This document shows, one piece after another, positions 50,700 through 63,300 of a stretch of 64,000 bases of DNA. The translations under genes were made by a program, and so were the position numbers. This DNA is from Balanoglossus misakiensis (lineage: Eukaryota; Animalia; Hemichordata): the NCBI GenBank assembly GCA_040954595.2, contig CM082580.2, positions 14,088,389 through 14,152,388 of the forward strand, read 5' to 3'. The first letter of the stretch is position 1. Each line of letters begins with the position of its first letter. The notes beneath the pieces are model-generated. The model had not been told where the DNA came from. It saw nothing but the letters and a program-made list of their open reading frames with translations, and ran no database searches.

Positions 50700-53600
50700 C
50701 TTTTGATATGGGGGAAAGGAAAGAGATTAGAGTAAGATTTATAATTAAGATTAGTTCACTGAGGCACATTAAATGAGGACAGATGGCAATGTTAAAGGGT
50801 GACTATCGTCTTATGCACACGTGTCAAACCAGAGACTCTGGTTACATTCATTTTAGAGCTAAACAGCTTTATTTCAGTTACTATGACAATATGCTTTCAG
50901 AGGTCAAGACCATGCACTCTCAACATCCAATGGTATGATCTGAAGACTCAATGTCTCCTCACCTGCACCAGGGCGCAGATATGGTCTTGTGCGTGGCGTC
51001 TCTGCCACAGGTTTTCTGTTTTCCGGAACGATCGGACTCTCCATGGCTGGATCAACTGGTTTACGCAAAGTGTTGATATCATAGGCATCATAGTCCTCTT
51101 CTCCGCCACCTTCATCGTCATAGACAACAATGTTCTCATGGAGGTCATCGTCATCAACATCTAAGACGAGGGCACTCTTCTCCTTCTGAGCATGTCGTTT
51201 GTACACAATGAATGCCAGGATCAAAACTAAAAAAAGTAACAAAAAAAATACCATGTCTGTCAGTGTGGCCTGTTTTTTGTAAACATGGAAGTCAAGATTG
51301 TACACTGCAATTGCTGATTCCTCATAGTTCTGTCCATTCTATGCATTTCTTTAGACAGTACATGTATATCTCTCCTTCACTGTACCAACTTACTTAAAAG
51401 GATGAATATGCAGATGAGAATTGCAATGAGTGCAGCTATGCTGAGACCTGCAGCACCAACTTGTCTCTCCTGGTTTTCAACACAGACACCACCTCGTAAT
51501 ATCAAGTCACCAGGACAGCTGAGGAGGGAAAACAAACACAAGGCAAGTCAAAATATGCTGATTGACAATGAATACTTGTAACAATCCTACCCACCAGTGG
51601 TCAGTTACTTTTTGTCGACATCATACGCATTTGCACACAACAACTCGGCTTCAGTGCAGATAAAACATGCCCATAAACCTGGCTTCATGGATTTCTACAT
51701 TGCATTTGATTTTACACATATTCTGCAGATTTAGATGTAGATGACAGAGCTCAAGAGGAAAGTATGGGAGACAGAAATAGAGAGGAGACATGTTGCATTC
51801 ATCACATGGAGTAGAGTTGTTCATTGATTTGTTTTCCGCACATACCCAGGTGAAGGACTAGGTTGAGGGTTGATACAGTCAGTAACCACACCGTCAAGTC
51901 CAATTGGACAGCTTTATAAAACCCAGAGAAAATGGGTCAAGAGAAGAAGGAGGGGGGAGGACAGAGAAGGAGAGATTCAAATTGTGAGAAGTTAGGATCA
52001 AAGGTTGAATTAACTCTGTCACTGCTGTTTAATTGCATTTAGCAGTGAAAGAGATACTTATGTCATTCTTCAGAAAGTATAATTTAGTAAAAGTTAGTAC
52101 AAAGTCTGTCCAATTCCTTGTATTCTGGGACAGGTTTTAAATGTTAATGAATTTGGGTTAGTGGACCAGATGACAGCCTGACAGAAAAGAAGCAAAGTTT
52201 AACAGATGCACAAGGCAGAAACACTAACTATCTGTGAGAGACAGACACTTATACATATAGATAGACAAAAGTGACACACACACACACACACACATACAGA
52301 CACACAGGCAGAGACAATTAACAGGCAGACAGACAGGCAGGAACATGAATGAAGTATCCAGACAAAAGCAGACATACACATGTACAAATGGACAGAATGA
52401 AAAATGTTAAATTATCTCATGAGACACCACTGGTCTTAAAGATCCTCCATTGCCTGTAATTACATAGCTGACCAATACAGTTTTAATTTGCGAAGGGATG
52501 GCATGCAAAAATGGCTTTCTCATGCAGCCATCGTCATGTTAAATTTAATACTAAGTTTAAATTTTTCACCCATTTGCATCCCTGATTGCATAAACAACTA
52601 CATGTAAAGAGTTATCATGTGTAATAAGTAATTGTGTATTTCCATTCAAATACAAACACTTCCAATTGTAAAAACTGATGAGGTTAATTAATAATGAAGA
52701 AAACATGATGCTGTTTTGTATGAATCAGAAAAAAAATTGCAATTTTACAGACTGAACAGAGACTGCTAGTTCATAATTCACACTTCAGTCAAACATGCGT
52801 TTAACAGTAACACATGTACATACCTGCAGTAGAAGTAACTTGGAGTAGGAACACAAATGAGAGGTGCAATACACGGGTTCAAAAGACAGATGTTACAATC
52901 TTCCTTCACATTTTTAGGAACAGCAATCGTCAGACCATCCTCCACTTGTCCATCAAATCCAATGTATTCGTTACTGATACGGGCATCTTTGGCACATCCT
53001 GCAAAATTATAACGATCAAAATGAGTTCATCTCTTCAAGTTTATGGTCTTGTTGATATGAACCACATTGGATCAGACATGAGCAGTTTCTTTTTGAGCAA
53101 TGACTTGAAATACTGATACCGCAATTCAACATTTAGACCCAATTTGTGAAGAATATAATCAAAGGCATTAATTAATGGCAGGGTTTCCATTATTGGCAGT
53201 CTGAAAAAATAACTCACCTGAATAATCATCACCCAGAACAAACATCTCACTCAAGGACACATTGGCACCCACAACGGTTGACTTTGGATCTGGATTGAAG
53301 TGCTTGAAGACACCTTGAGCTTTTTCCACTGTCCTCACACCACCGCCACCGTCAATTTCCAGTCGGAAACTGTTGCCAAAACGGGTGAGTTGGATCGTGT
53401 GGTAGTTACCATCATTGATAGAATAATTGTGAGCAGTTAAGGTGAAATTCCTGTCAGCGTCACCCAAGTTGTAATCGACGACTGCATTGCCCTCCTTCAT
53501 CTGTGGAAATAAAAATTGAAAAAAATAGAAACAAATAAATTAGGGAAATAAATGGCAACAGGGCCTGTGTTATTTTAACTTTCACCACCAACATTTGTGT

Positions 53601-56600
53601 CAATCTGATATGTTCACATTGTAAGGTATGGTCAGTCACGTCAATAAACTGTATAATGGAAGCTTGCCACATCTTTGCCCACGTTGACTAAATTTTACAT
53701 ATTTGCTGGGAGAAAGCTTGACATATGTAAATCAATCAATCCAGATAACACAATATTTGAATTCTGAAATATTGACTAATGTTCACGTACCTTCATTGTG
53801 ATGTACTCTCGACCATTGTCATTCTGGAGATGCATTAAAACTGCACTCTCTTCCTGTGTGTTTCCAACCATGATTTGGTAGTTTGATGAATACTTATCTG
53901 CAACCAGGCTCGCTTCCAGGTCATAAACAACAAAACTGTCCATGCCAAAGTCATACGATGGTAATTCTAAAAGCAAAGGCACAACAAACCCTGTTAAATT
54001 GATATAGTTTATATAGATAATGATAGACTGACTCTAGTTTTCTGCGAGATGAGGTCAAGAAATATGGGGCATGGCAATTTTTTTACTGACACAGTTGAAT
54101 ATTGTGTGATGACATGAAGCTACTGACCTTGATCACATAATGCACCACCCCAACCAGAATCACAGATGCAGGAAAATTCTGTAAGACTCGTCGTCAAACA
54201 AAGACCATTTTTGCAGATGTACTCTCCGTCCACATAACACAGCTCATCTGTCTTGGGGCATCCTTCCTCAGTATTCTTTTCTTTGCCAGGCGTGCCAAGG
54301 TCATATATCTTACCATCCTGGATAACATTCCTGATGCAGCCCAGGAAATCCCCATCAGAGGCATAGTTGAAACTGCTTGGGTAAGTGTAGCTTGGGTCTT
54401 TATCAAGGCCACCAAGTTGCAATGGCGTGTTGATATTCAAGAACCTGTAAGACAATATACCAGTAAGTCAAATGCCTTACAGAAATGACACAAAAACAGT
54501 CTTGGAAAAATGCATAAAAGGAAATGTTGGGTACTAACTCTATCAATATAGGGGATTAGGTCCATTTCAGAAAATCTGTTGTACTCGTAATATTTTACCA
54601 TTTTGGGAAGATGGGTTATCAGTGGCTTACCTATTGCCGCCATAGGTTGTAAAAGTAACTTTGCAGTTATCATCATTGATCTGAGAGGATTGTTCGGTCT
54701 CTGTTATTACTGCCCTTTGACAATTGTCGATAATAAACTCCACTCTCTGTTAATTGAAAGGGAAGAAGATGTATTGAATAACATGTAATGAATGCTGTTT
54801 GTTACCAGTACTTAACAAAGGACCATATACCTGACGCATATTTAAATTCAGACAAGACAGCAGGTGCCTTATTTCTCATAACAACAAATACTGTTCCCAT
54901 TAATAAAGTTTTAGATTTTAAGTTTACATCGACAGGTGAACAACTTACTCTGCTTTGACGGATAACTTCTAGTGTATGCCACTTTTCATCATTTAGAGGT
55001 GGTGAGTTTTCAATCGTCTGAGGCTGTAATATTCCAGACCCTAAGTTGAGATACAGTCTGGGTTTTCCTCCCACAAGCTCGATGGCAATGTAGTCTTCTG
55101 GTTGTCCCTGCTCAACAGCAGTTATAGGTCCATTGTAGAGGAGAATACCATTTGGATTTGCTGTCATGAATTCAATGCTGGTTTTGGTGTCCTCGCATTG
55201 TGAGAGAGGTGGGTACCACGCGAATGAGTCAGCGTTAAAGCTACGCGAGGCGTCTTCACAGTTTGGACCGCTATATTTTGCTTCACACTCACATCTGTTG
55301 TAGAATAAAATTAACATTTTATGAGGTAAACATTGATGATCACATCACATCTCATAAAATCATATCGCGCACTGAATTTTTCCACCAGAAAACACTCACA
55401 CATGTTTATTAATGTCACAATGAAAAGGTTTGGGGTTGTGACTGAACTTACACATAGCCAGAAGGAGTGTCAACACATCTTCCATCATTTAGGCAAGGGC
55501 TAGATACACAAGGTCCTCTAGGAGTCAATTTGGCACCACAGACACACTCAGCAGTTTGGATTGTAGTGACAGAGACAAAAGTAGATTGGCCATCATCTAT
55601 TACAGTTGGATCGGTGATTGCGTTGAAGTAGTTGGTGCAAGAAGATTCACAGATGCCCTCATCAAGACACATGTCTATTGGTACCATGCCCATTGTGACG
55701 CCTAGTTCACTTTCAATCTGCGAAGCAAATTTGGTCAGAATTATAAGGGATGCAGCAGTACATGTAAATATTGTACATGTATATATTTTACAGTCAATTT
55801 CTCTGTTTGTTGTGACAGAGATTTAACCCGTTCACCACCATGGTTTGGTCCATCTCCATTGATTTTCAATAACAGTGCTAGACCTTTACACACAGAAATG
55901 AGGGTGAGAGGGTTAATAACTATTAGATTGCTAGATGCATGCAAATTGAATTTGAAAAAAGAAGGGTGAATACTAACCCGTCCCTTGGCCAGAAGTAGCT
56001 GAGTGTTCATCTGTTCAGGTCTGTAATACGGAGATCCATGCGCAGACCAGCGTACATCACATTGATTCTCTTCATCAGCCACATTGATGACACTGAAAAT
56101 GTCAATGTTTTCTTTCTTGGCACCCAGTATATCCACCAGAATGTCATGGAACTTCTCTTTTAAACTTGGGGTTCCTCTAATGAATCTTTCAGCAGAGACA
56201 AAGAGTCGTACTGAACCAGAACTGTAAACTGCCTCTTCAGGAATGTCCTTGACTTCAATGATGACAGTACAGACGACAGGATCCCATGGCTGCTCATGAA
56301 CTTGAACGGTAAACTCATAGGTTCCAGCATTAGTGTTGGCCTCTATGACAATCTCACCCGTTTCTCTCCCAACCTACAAATAGGATATGTGCATGTTGAA
56401 AAGTTTTTTAAAAGGAGAACTTTACTTCAACAAGGCGGACTTTTATATTAAGTGCTAGCTTTGGGTTCAGGAAAAGCCATCTTGGCCACATGTTGCATTG
56501 TAGGGCTTCATCAACCTGTTGACTGACACACAGTGCAAAGAAATGCTCATTGTATGTCACATGTATGACTGAGAAAATCTCCATGTACAACACAAGATAA

Positions 56601-59600
56601 CATGACTTACAGAAAACTGAGGAACTCCTGAAACTACAGTGTACTTAATGTCTTCACCCTTAACAGCATCTTCATCAGCAGCGTATACCTCTCCGATTGT
56701 ACTGCGAGGAAGTTGACCTGAAAAAAGAAGAAAAGCCCATCAGATTTTTTTTACATTCTTCTTACATAATTAAGCCACTAAACACACATGAACAGTGTAA
56801 AACTGAATGTAAAACAAAGCCACTTCTTTACCTTTGTAACTGTAGACGAGAATATTCTTGGTTGCTGCAGAGGGTGGGTTGTCGTTTTCATCACCAATAG
56901 TTACTGTCAATGTCTGAGTTGCCGATTGGCCGTGTCTGTCAGAGAGGAGGACCGGGATGTAGAAATACGGTGTAGCCTCTCGATCAAACTGCTGCTTGGA
57001 AATTACTCTGATCTCTGTGTGGTTGGAAAAAATTGTAGTTCAATTGGTTAGAAAATGACTGGGAGGCACACACTCAAATCCAATGCAAACTCCATCTCAG
57101 GAATCAAACTTTCTCCTTTTAACTGGTCTAAACAAAGATATAATACTTACGATTCTCCACGCCAGAATCACTGATGTCAAACTCGGCATTATTTTGCACA
57201 CTGTAAGTGAATGGTGGCCCATTGTCTGGATTATCCCGATCTATGATGTCCACCACTCCAGCTAAAAATCCGGCTGGGGTGTTCTCGGGAACCACAAGGC
57301 TATAACCAGGTTTGAACTCCGGGGGATTGTCATTCACATCAACAATGTTGACAGTGAATGACACAGTGGCTGTGTTGCGTAGTTCACCACTTTCACCTAG
57401 GAGAAAAAAGGCCATGGTACAAAAAAAAAAATTAGAAACTAAATGTATAACCGATATGTGGTAATGTACAGTCGAACATGTCTATAGTGGTCAGGCAAGG
57501 GACTTTCCTAAATTGGCCTTTATAGACAGGTCTATTATAGCACATTTAAATTACACAGGGAGTGTAACAAAGTGGCCGCTGTATAGAGGTGGCCATCAAC
57601 ACAGGTTTGAATGTAATTCCATAGCAACTCTCTACACACCTCGTACATTATCCTTGGCAATCACCGTAAATTCATATTTTTCACGAATCTCTGTCAGGTC
57701 ATCTTCGTAGAGCTCCCTGTCCAGTTCTTTTATCGTACTCACAATTCCACTAGTACTATCAACTGTGAAGAAACTGCTGTCTGGATATTCCGGCACTCGG
57801 ACTATTTCATACCTAAGGTGTCAAAAAAGGAGACAGATTATTCCCGGGATCACTATCAGCAAATCTAGTATCATTCTTTGAGTTCCAGTTCATTCATCTG
57901 AGTATTTCAATGCGGCAGTGGTTGACAATGTAAGTGAATGCAATTCAAAGGATTTTCACTTGGCAGACCAATGATACACTGAGTGGATTCTGGAGTCAAA
58001 TATTATCCGATGCCATGGACGTATAGAATGATCGTGATCATGACTACAATGACACTTTATATGATACCACAAAATGGGATAACATTGCCTGCATAATTAT
58101 TTCAGTTCCCAATATAATTGATAGTGTCAGCTATCATGCGTCAAACTTTTGATCAGATCCACACTATGATAAATTAACTTATATTAGTTCATACATGTAC
58201 TCACTCTATTTCTTGAAACTGTAGGGTCTTATCATTATCATTTGCAGAAACTTGTCCAACTGATGTGGATATAGGAATATCCTCAGGAAATGGAGCAGTT
58301 GAATACCGCGTTTGACTGAATATTGGTCCATTATCATTTAAATCGTTTATTCTGATATCAATTTCCATGGTGTCACTTTGCAAGCCATCAGAGACTTGGA
58401 TGGTGAGCTCAAACTTGTTACTGTCTTCTTCATAATCAATTTGCTGTGGGAGAAATTATTAATAAAATTGATCACCTTTCGGACAATAAAACCTCACAAA
58501 ACAAAAGGTACATGAAGGGTAAACACTCTTGCACCCTTCTTCATTTTTATGCTTTGTTTTAATGATTTCAATTGGCACAATAAAAAATGGCCCCAATGCT
58601 TCAACACAGTGAGAAATACACAGAAGACACCCAGAACTCCAATCTTATATTTCTTGGAGTTCACAGACCAGTACTTTAAACTGTTTTCATTCAAAATGTG
58701 GTGACATGCGAAGTGTGCATTTAAGACCCCTTCCCCAACCATCGATCACCACCAGTTTGACATACCACAATTTGATTATTGAATGAGGCACTGTAAACAA
58801 AGAGGACATAGCAAAATGCATACCTTTGCAACTTGAATCACGGCATAGCCTGTATCACTGTCTGTTTCAATCTTGAAAAAATCGTTATCATCTCCAGAAA
58901 TGATACTGTAGGCGTTGACACCTTCATCTCTGTCCAGAGCTATCACTCTCAACACAGAAGCACCTATGTGCGCATTCTCATAGATCGCTGCATAATCTTT
59001 AGCTTGTGCAAACTCAGGAGCGTTGTCGTTTCTATCTTTAACATAGATAGTGGCAGTTGCAGTCCCTGTAATTTAAACACAACAAAATATCATTACTATA
59101 TTGCACATGATTATCAATCTAAGCACTTCAAGACAAAGTCAGAGTATATGATCACCACTTCTGATTCAGATTCAATCGAGGAGTCTTTCAGCTAACATAA
59201 TTGTCCAAATGTAGACCTACTATCTTCACCTTAAACCATTATTTTATAAATAAGAATTATTCCATGTCATTGACAGACATCCTTACCAGTTAATCCATCA
59301 CCATCCATAGCTCTGACAACTATTTCATACGTTGGAATCAGTTCTCTGTCTAAATATCCAATCCTGGTTGTGATTACTGCATTCTCATAGTCAATCGAGA
59401 AAATGTCATCACCACGCTCATTCTTGGCATTTCTCACGATGGTGTACCCTAACTGGGCATTACCACCTATGTTGGGATCATCTCTATCTTGTGCCAGCAT
59501 CGTCATTACAGTTTCACCTACAAAAGGATATCAATAGATCAATGATTTTCTGATGACACTGACAGCGAGTGAAGATTTGGTACCAGTATTTACTGTAGAA

Positions 59601-60339
59601 TTGGGTTTACATAAGAAAAGATTGAACTAAAACCAATGATTGCAAAAAAGAGGAACATGTATACTTGAAATCATATCTTACCAGGCGGATCGTTTTCAAA
59701 AAAGTTACCCACATAGGGGTTATAGGGATATTCTGGAGCATTGTCGTTGATATCTAGAATTTTGACAAGCACATCCACTAGCGACTTTCCATCAGCATTT
59801 GTTGCAGAGACCTGGAATTCACGCACTTGACCCTTTTCTCTGTCCTCTCGGTCCAAGTGACGTTTACTTGACAAGACTCCAGTTGTTATGTCAATGGAAA
59901 AGTCTTCTCGGAATTCAGCTAGTTCAATTCTGTACTGGATAGTGGAAGGGGTCCCAGTGGCACGCACCTAAGAAAAGATATTCAAAAGGAATGAAATATG
60001 AGAACTGTATGGGAAGGACCATTTTAACCCTTGGTTCACCAATGATACACTGTGTGCATCCTGGACCACAGAGCTCTAAGTACATGTAGCTATGTACATT
60101 TGAAGTTTGCAGTACTTAAGAGACAGAGATGTGGGGACTTACAGTTAATATTTCTTGTGGTGTAAAAGGTGGCACAGGTGATTCTAAACCATTCACTTCC
60201 AAAACTTCTCCCTCATAACTCTCTCTGTCAAATTGAGGTATTGAGCGACGCATACGAGACTTGACTAATGGGGCTTGATTAGGCTTGTTGGCTGCTGATG
60301 GAGTGACTGTGACAAGAACCTTCTGTATCTCGGGTTCAT
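50458..60339 (-). CDS. Classical cadherin, non-chordate type, paralog B; 5'-partial (exon 1 outside window)
   Basis: 20 exons homologous to A exons 2-21 with the same phases (4610 nt, no stops or frameshifts seen), plus one extra 66-nt candidate exon. Confidence 0.94.
50963..51226 (-). CDS. Cadherin B exon 20 (juxtamembrane)
   Basis: [20 protein letters not shown]. Confidence 0.95.
51394..51518 (-). CDS. Cadherin B exon 19 (EGF end, TM start)
   Basis: [12 protein letters not shown]...[18 protein letters not shown]. Confidence 0.9.
51846..51911 (-). CDS. Cadherin B candidate extra 66-nt exon ([22 protein letters not shown])
   Basis: AAG acceptor with upstream pyrimidine tract, GG|GTATG donor, phase 2-2, two Cys able to complete the EGF; no counterpart seen in A. 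Confidence 0.7.
52274..52294. repeat. (CA)n microsatellite
   Basis: Direct reading. Confidence 0.9.
52824..52998 (-). CDS. Cadherin B exon 18 (LamG2 end, EGF)
   Basis: GCAKDARI...YFYC; 175 nt as in A. Confidence 0.9.
53218..53500 (-). CDS. Cadherin B exon 17 (LamG2)
   Basis: YNLGD...INDGNYH. Confidence 0.93.
53791..53966 (-). CDS. Cadherin B exon 16 (LamG2)
   Basis: PSYDFG...GREYITMK. Confidence 0.9.
54128..54444 (-). CDS. Cadherin B exon 15 (LamG1 end, EGF)
   Basis: [12 protein letters not shown]...GCIRN. Confidence 0.93.
54631..54746 (-). CDS. Cadherin B exon 14
   Basis: RVEFIIDNC; 116 nt. Confidence 0.87.
54949..55294 (-). CDS. Cadherin B exon 13 (LamG1)
   Basis: NGILLYNGP...LNDEKWH. 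Confidence 0.93.
55452..55717 (-). CDS. Cadherin B exon 12 (Cys-rich/EGF)
   Basis: [13 protein letters not shown]...PCLNDGRC. Confidence 0.93.
55823..55916. mobile_element. piggyBac-like miniature inverted-repeat element (intronic)
   Basis: TTAA|CCCGTTCACC ... GGTGAGAGGG|TTAA: TTAA flanks, CCC/GGG ends, 12/14 inverted match. Confidence 0.6.
55978..56373 (-). CDS. Cadherin B exon 11 (NC domain)
   Basis: SAHGSPYY; near-identical to A exon 11. Confidence 0.93.
56611..56717 (-). CDS. Cadherin B exon 10
   Basis: [16 protein letters not shown]; 107 nt as in A. Confidence 0.88.
56832..57014 (-). CDS. Cadherin B exon 9 (EC)
   Basis: FDRE...IGDENDNPP. Confidence 0.9.
57151..57396 (-). CDS. Cadherin B exon 8 (EC)
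   Basis: [20 protein letters not shown]. Confidence 0.92.
57467..57615. mobile_element. Tc1/mariner-pogo-like MITE remnant (intronic)
   Basis: TA|CAGTCGAACATGTCTATAGTGGTCA ... TGGCCATCAACACAGGTTTGAATG|TA imperfect TIRs with TA flanks. Confidence 0.55.
57640..57812 (-). CDS. Cadherin B exon 7 (EC)
   Basis: [19 protein letters not shown]...LDRELYED. Confidence 0.88.
58205..58443 (-). CDS. Cadherin B exon 6 (EC)
   Basis: IDYE...NDLNDNGP. Confidence 0.9.
58824..59065 (-). CDS. Cadherin B exon 5 (EC); not in ORF track
   Basis: [18 protein letters not shown]...ALDRDEG. Confidence 0.9.
59287..59517 (-). CDS. Cadherin B exon 4 (EC)
   Basis: AQDRDD...LDRELIP. Confidence 0.92.
59682..59967 (-). 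CDS. Cadherin B exon 3 (EC)
   Basis: LDRED...DINDNAP. Confidence 0.92.
60143..60339 (-). CDS. Cadherin B exon 2 (furin site RMRR, EC start)
   Basis: [11 protein letters not shown]...[20 protein letters not shown]. Confidence 0.9.
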
Positions 60340-63300
60340 CTGTAGACAAAAGTCAGGGAAAAAATGAATCAATACATGTAGGTAGTGTAGTGTTTGTCAT
60401 TTTTGCGCAACGTTTAAATAAGGTTGACATCTCTATATTTAATCAACTCTCACAACATACAAGTTTATTAAATTTCCAACAAAGTGTGTAGAAAAGATGC
60501 AACTACAATCGTATCCACACACATGAAAGAGTTAGATCATGCTCACAGACAACTATTTTTAAATTTACTTTTAGATGTCTGCTCTAGAGAAGTGTGAGCT
60601 ATAGGCATCAACTGCCCACACAAAGTGCCTACACTCTCTCACAATAGAACTTCCCAACAATCTGCGTGGAAGGAATTTTGCTTGTAAGAATCAATTGTTC
60701 TTCACAACAAACTGAAAACTCCAAGTCAGGGCGAAAATATGTGGGATGTACGTGCTTCGCCACATTTTGTAGTCCCTCCGACATATTTGCTCGTGCCACA
60801 AGTCAAAAACACGAACAGGATGCAAATTTTAACACAAGAGACATTTTTAAAAGCTGCACATTTTGTTTTGAAAGCTTTTTAACCACTCTGGGATCAAATT
60901 TTTAGGTTTACCTTTAGGTAAACAAGGTAAGAGTAAAGGATTGGTTCTTTCACTTGATTTGAATGGAGGAATGTGACAAGGTCGCCATGAATGCGAGAAG
61001 CTGGAGGTCATATCAGAACAAACGCATTTCCTGTTCACAGAGAAGGACTCCAGGACGCAAGAGCATTTTTATTTCACAGTACAGTTACGTACAAGTGTGT
61101 ATTTCTAGTGACAAAAATCCAACAGGTAGCAGGGCAGAAAGGAAATGGGAAAAAAAACCCACATTCTGTTCACTATGCCCTCATCAGTGGACTCATGTGG
61201 CCAAGGTCACTGAAGGGAAAACAACCTGATGGACCGAGCCTCAGAAGGCCACACCCAGTGACATTCATATGTTGTTCAAGGACGCTTTTACTTTCAAAGG
61301 GATTTCAAAACACCACAAACAGTACAATATCAATCCAGTCTCACTGAGGCTTTGTCTATGTTTTATCATAACTTTGTATTTTCATTGGTTGCTCCAAACT
61401 TACATTTGTGTATAATTGTTATGAATATAAAAAAATGACAAATGATTTATCATCTACTGGTTGACCATGGTAGTAACTCTGACAAAGACATTCTATCATG
61501 TCTATGCCCACTCACACAAATCAATACCCTCCTCTCCTAAAATGGAATTTTAGCAAGGAGTGTCTGCTCCCCACAATAGATGTACACTGTCCTTATATGG
61601 CATTACGCACACCTAATATGGATCACCTTCATAACAAATGACATCACCTATCCAATTGCTGGTATGTACCACTTGTGCAAGGGGGATGGGCAGGTTGCCT
61701 CTGAGGGAAGACCAACATGGTTGCAAAATAACACCATTGTTGTAATAGTTTTACAGGTGATTCCAAACCAGTTCAACGGACCTGAACCTTCTCAGAAGAA
61801 TTTTATTCAAAACATGTCGAGCAGTTCCCAGTGGTGTAAGCACCAACACCTGAGCTGAAAAGTCCATTCACAGTAATTCAAGACGACACATTCATTTTGA
61901 ACATGTCTTGCATTTCAATGAAACCAAAAGTCAGCTTTTCATTTTCACAGATTGGCTTTTCATGTTTCATTTTATGGAGAAAAATTTGCATCTGACTGAT
62001 TCTTTCAGACTGCATATTGAACAAAAGTGAATAAAAAATTTCCTTTGACGAAAAAGTAAGTCCCTGAATGAAATTGGTCGAAACATTTTCATTCTTTCTG
62101 TCTGTTCACTCTCTTAACCACAATGTACGAAATCCTCAACAGTTCAAACACAAAACTTTACAGCAAGTTTATGATATTATCATTAGCTTGAACAAGAAAG
62201 AAAAGTTCATAGAGTCAAGCATGCATAAGGCTGAAAGTGGCATGAAGGGTTTGCTCAAGAGTTTGTCTCCATGGAGATAAAGGTATTTCAGCGGTTGTCC
62301 TCAGATCAACTATTACTGACCTGTGCCACCCTTATCCCAGCCAAGCAATCAAACTGCAAACATCATCAACAACTAACACAACAGCCACACTTAAGGTTTA
62401 AGTCCTCAATATTTTGTGGTTTCTGTGGTGATATAAAATGAACTAGTCATCTTGTCCGTGACCTCATCAAACACACTTCAAACAGCAATTTCTTGGCATC
62501 CCCTCGAAAATACACAAAGAAACATCACTTCACAATCACACAGTGATAGACTTGATACACACTTGTACGTGTACTCAACACTTTCAACACTGTGTACATG
62601 GAAAGCAAAGGTGGCAAATTATGAGGTGATCGTCATGCAACACACACCCTTTCCTGTTTTGACACTGCAAGTCAGAATTCTACATGGACCTGATGCAAAT
62701 GTCGGCAGGCTTGATGCAAATGTCGGCATACCTTTGGTCAACTGAGACAACAAAGAAAACAGGTATACACCATCCGGAGAGGTGTTTGAATTACCTGGCA
62801 CGTTGAAGGACTAAACGCAGCAGTAAAAGTTTTGCCACCCACACTGAGTGTACGGTAAAATATGCCAGCTTTACACTCATGCACGTTTTTCACTTAAATT
62901 TGTTTACTTTTTGGGCACGGTTTTAATGTTACTTTTCACTTCAAAGATTTCTTGTTTTAGTTTTATTACAAATTCCTGTGAAATGCTGCAATTGTTAATT
63001 TCATGACGTCACAAATTCCACTGAACAAAGTTAGAGTTTCCATTCTGCGGCAGTTTTTGTCCTCTGCTCAAAAATCCTCTTTCAGCTTCTATACGACTGG
63101 AATTCAAGAATTGTTTCTCACCAATTTATCTTTGCAATATAAAATATAGACTGAGCAGATTCAAGCACATATTCGTTTTAACCTGGCAGATTACAAACTG
63201 TTTTAAAATATTCATTAGATAGCAAAGTTCCATCTTTCACCCTCAAGGGGAAATGAAAATGAAGAATGTATTGTATTTTACTGCTCATGGCTTGAATATG

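Noticed and set aside
33756-59195. Plus-strand ORFs overlapping cadherin exons, some similar between the two loci
   Set aside because: Antisense shadows of coding exons; similarity is inherited from the cadherin paralogy.
33333-60339. Genes A and B as a haplotype duplication artefact, or as one long gene
   Set aside because: Introns are mostly unalignable and EC exons strongly diverged; each has its own TM, tail and stop codon.
62691-62728. Direct duplication TGATGCAAATGTCGGCA x2
   Set aside because: Two-copy local slippage duplication with no supporting context.
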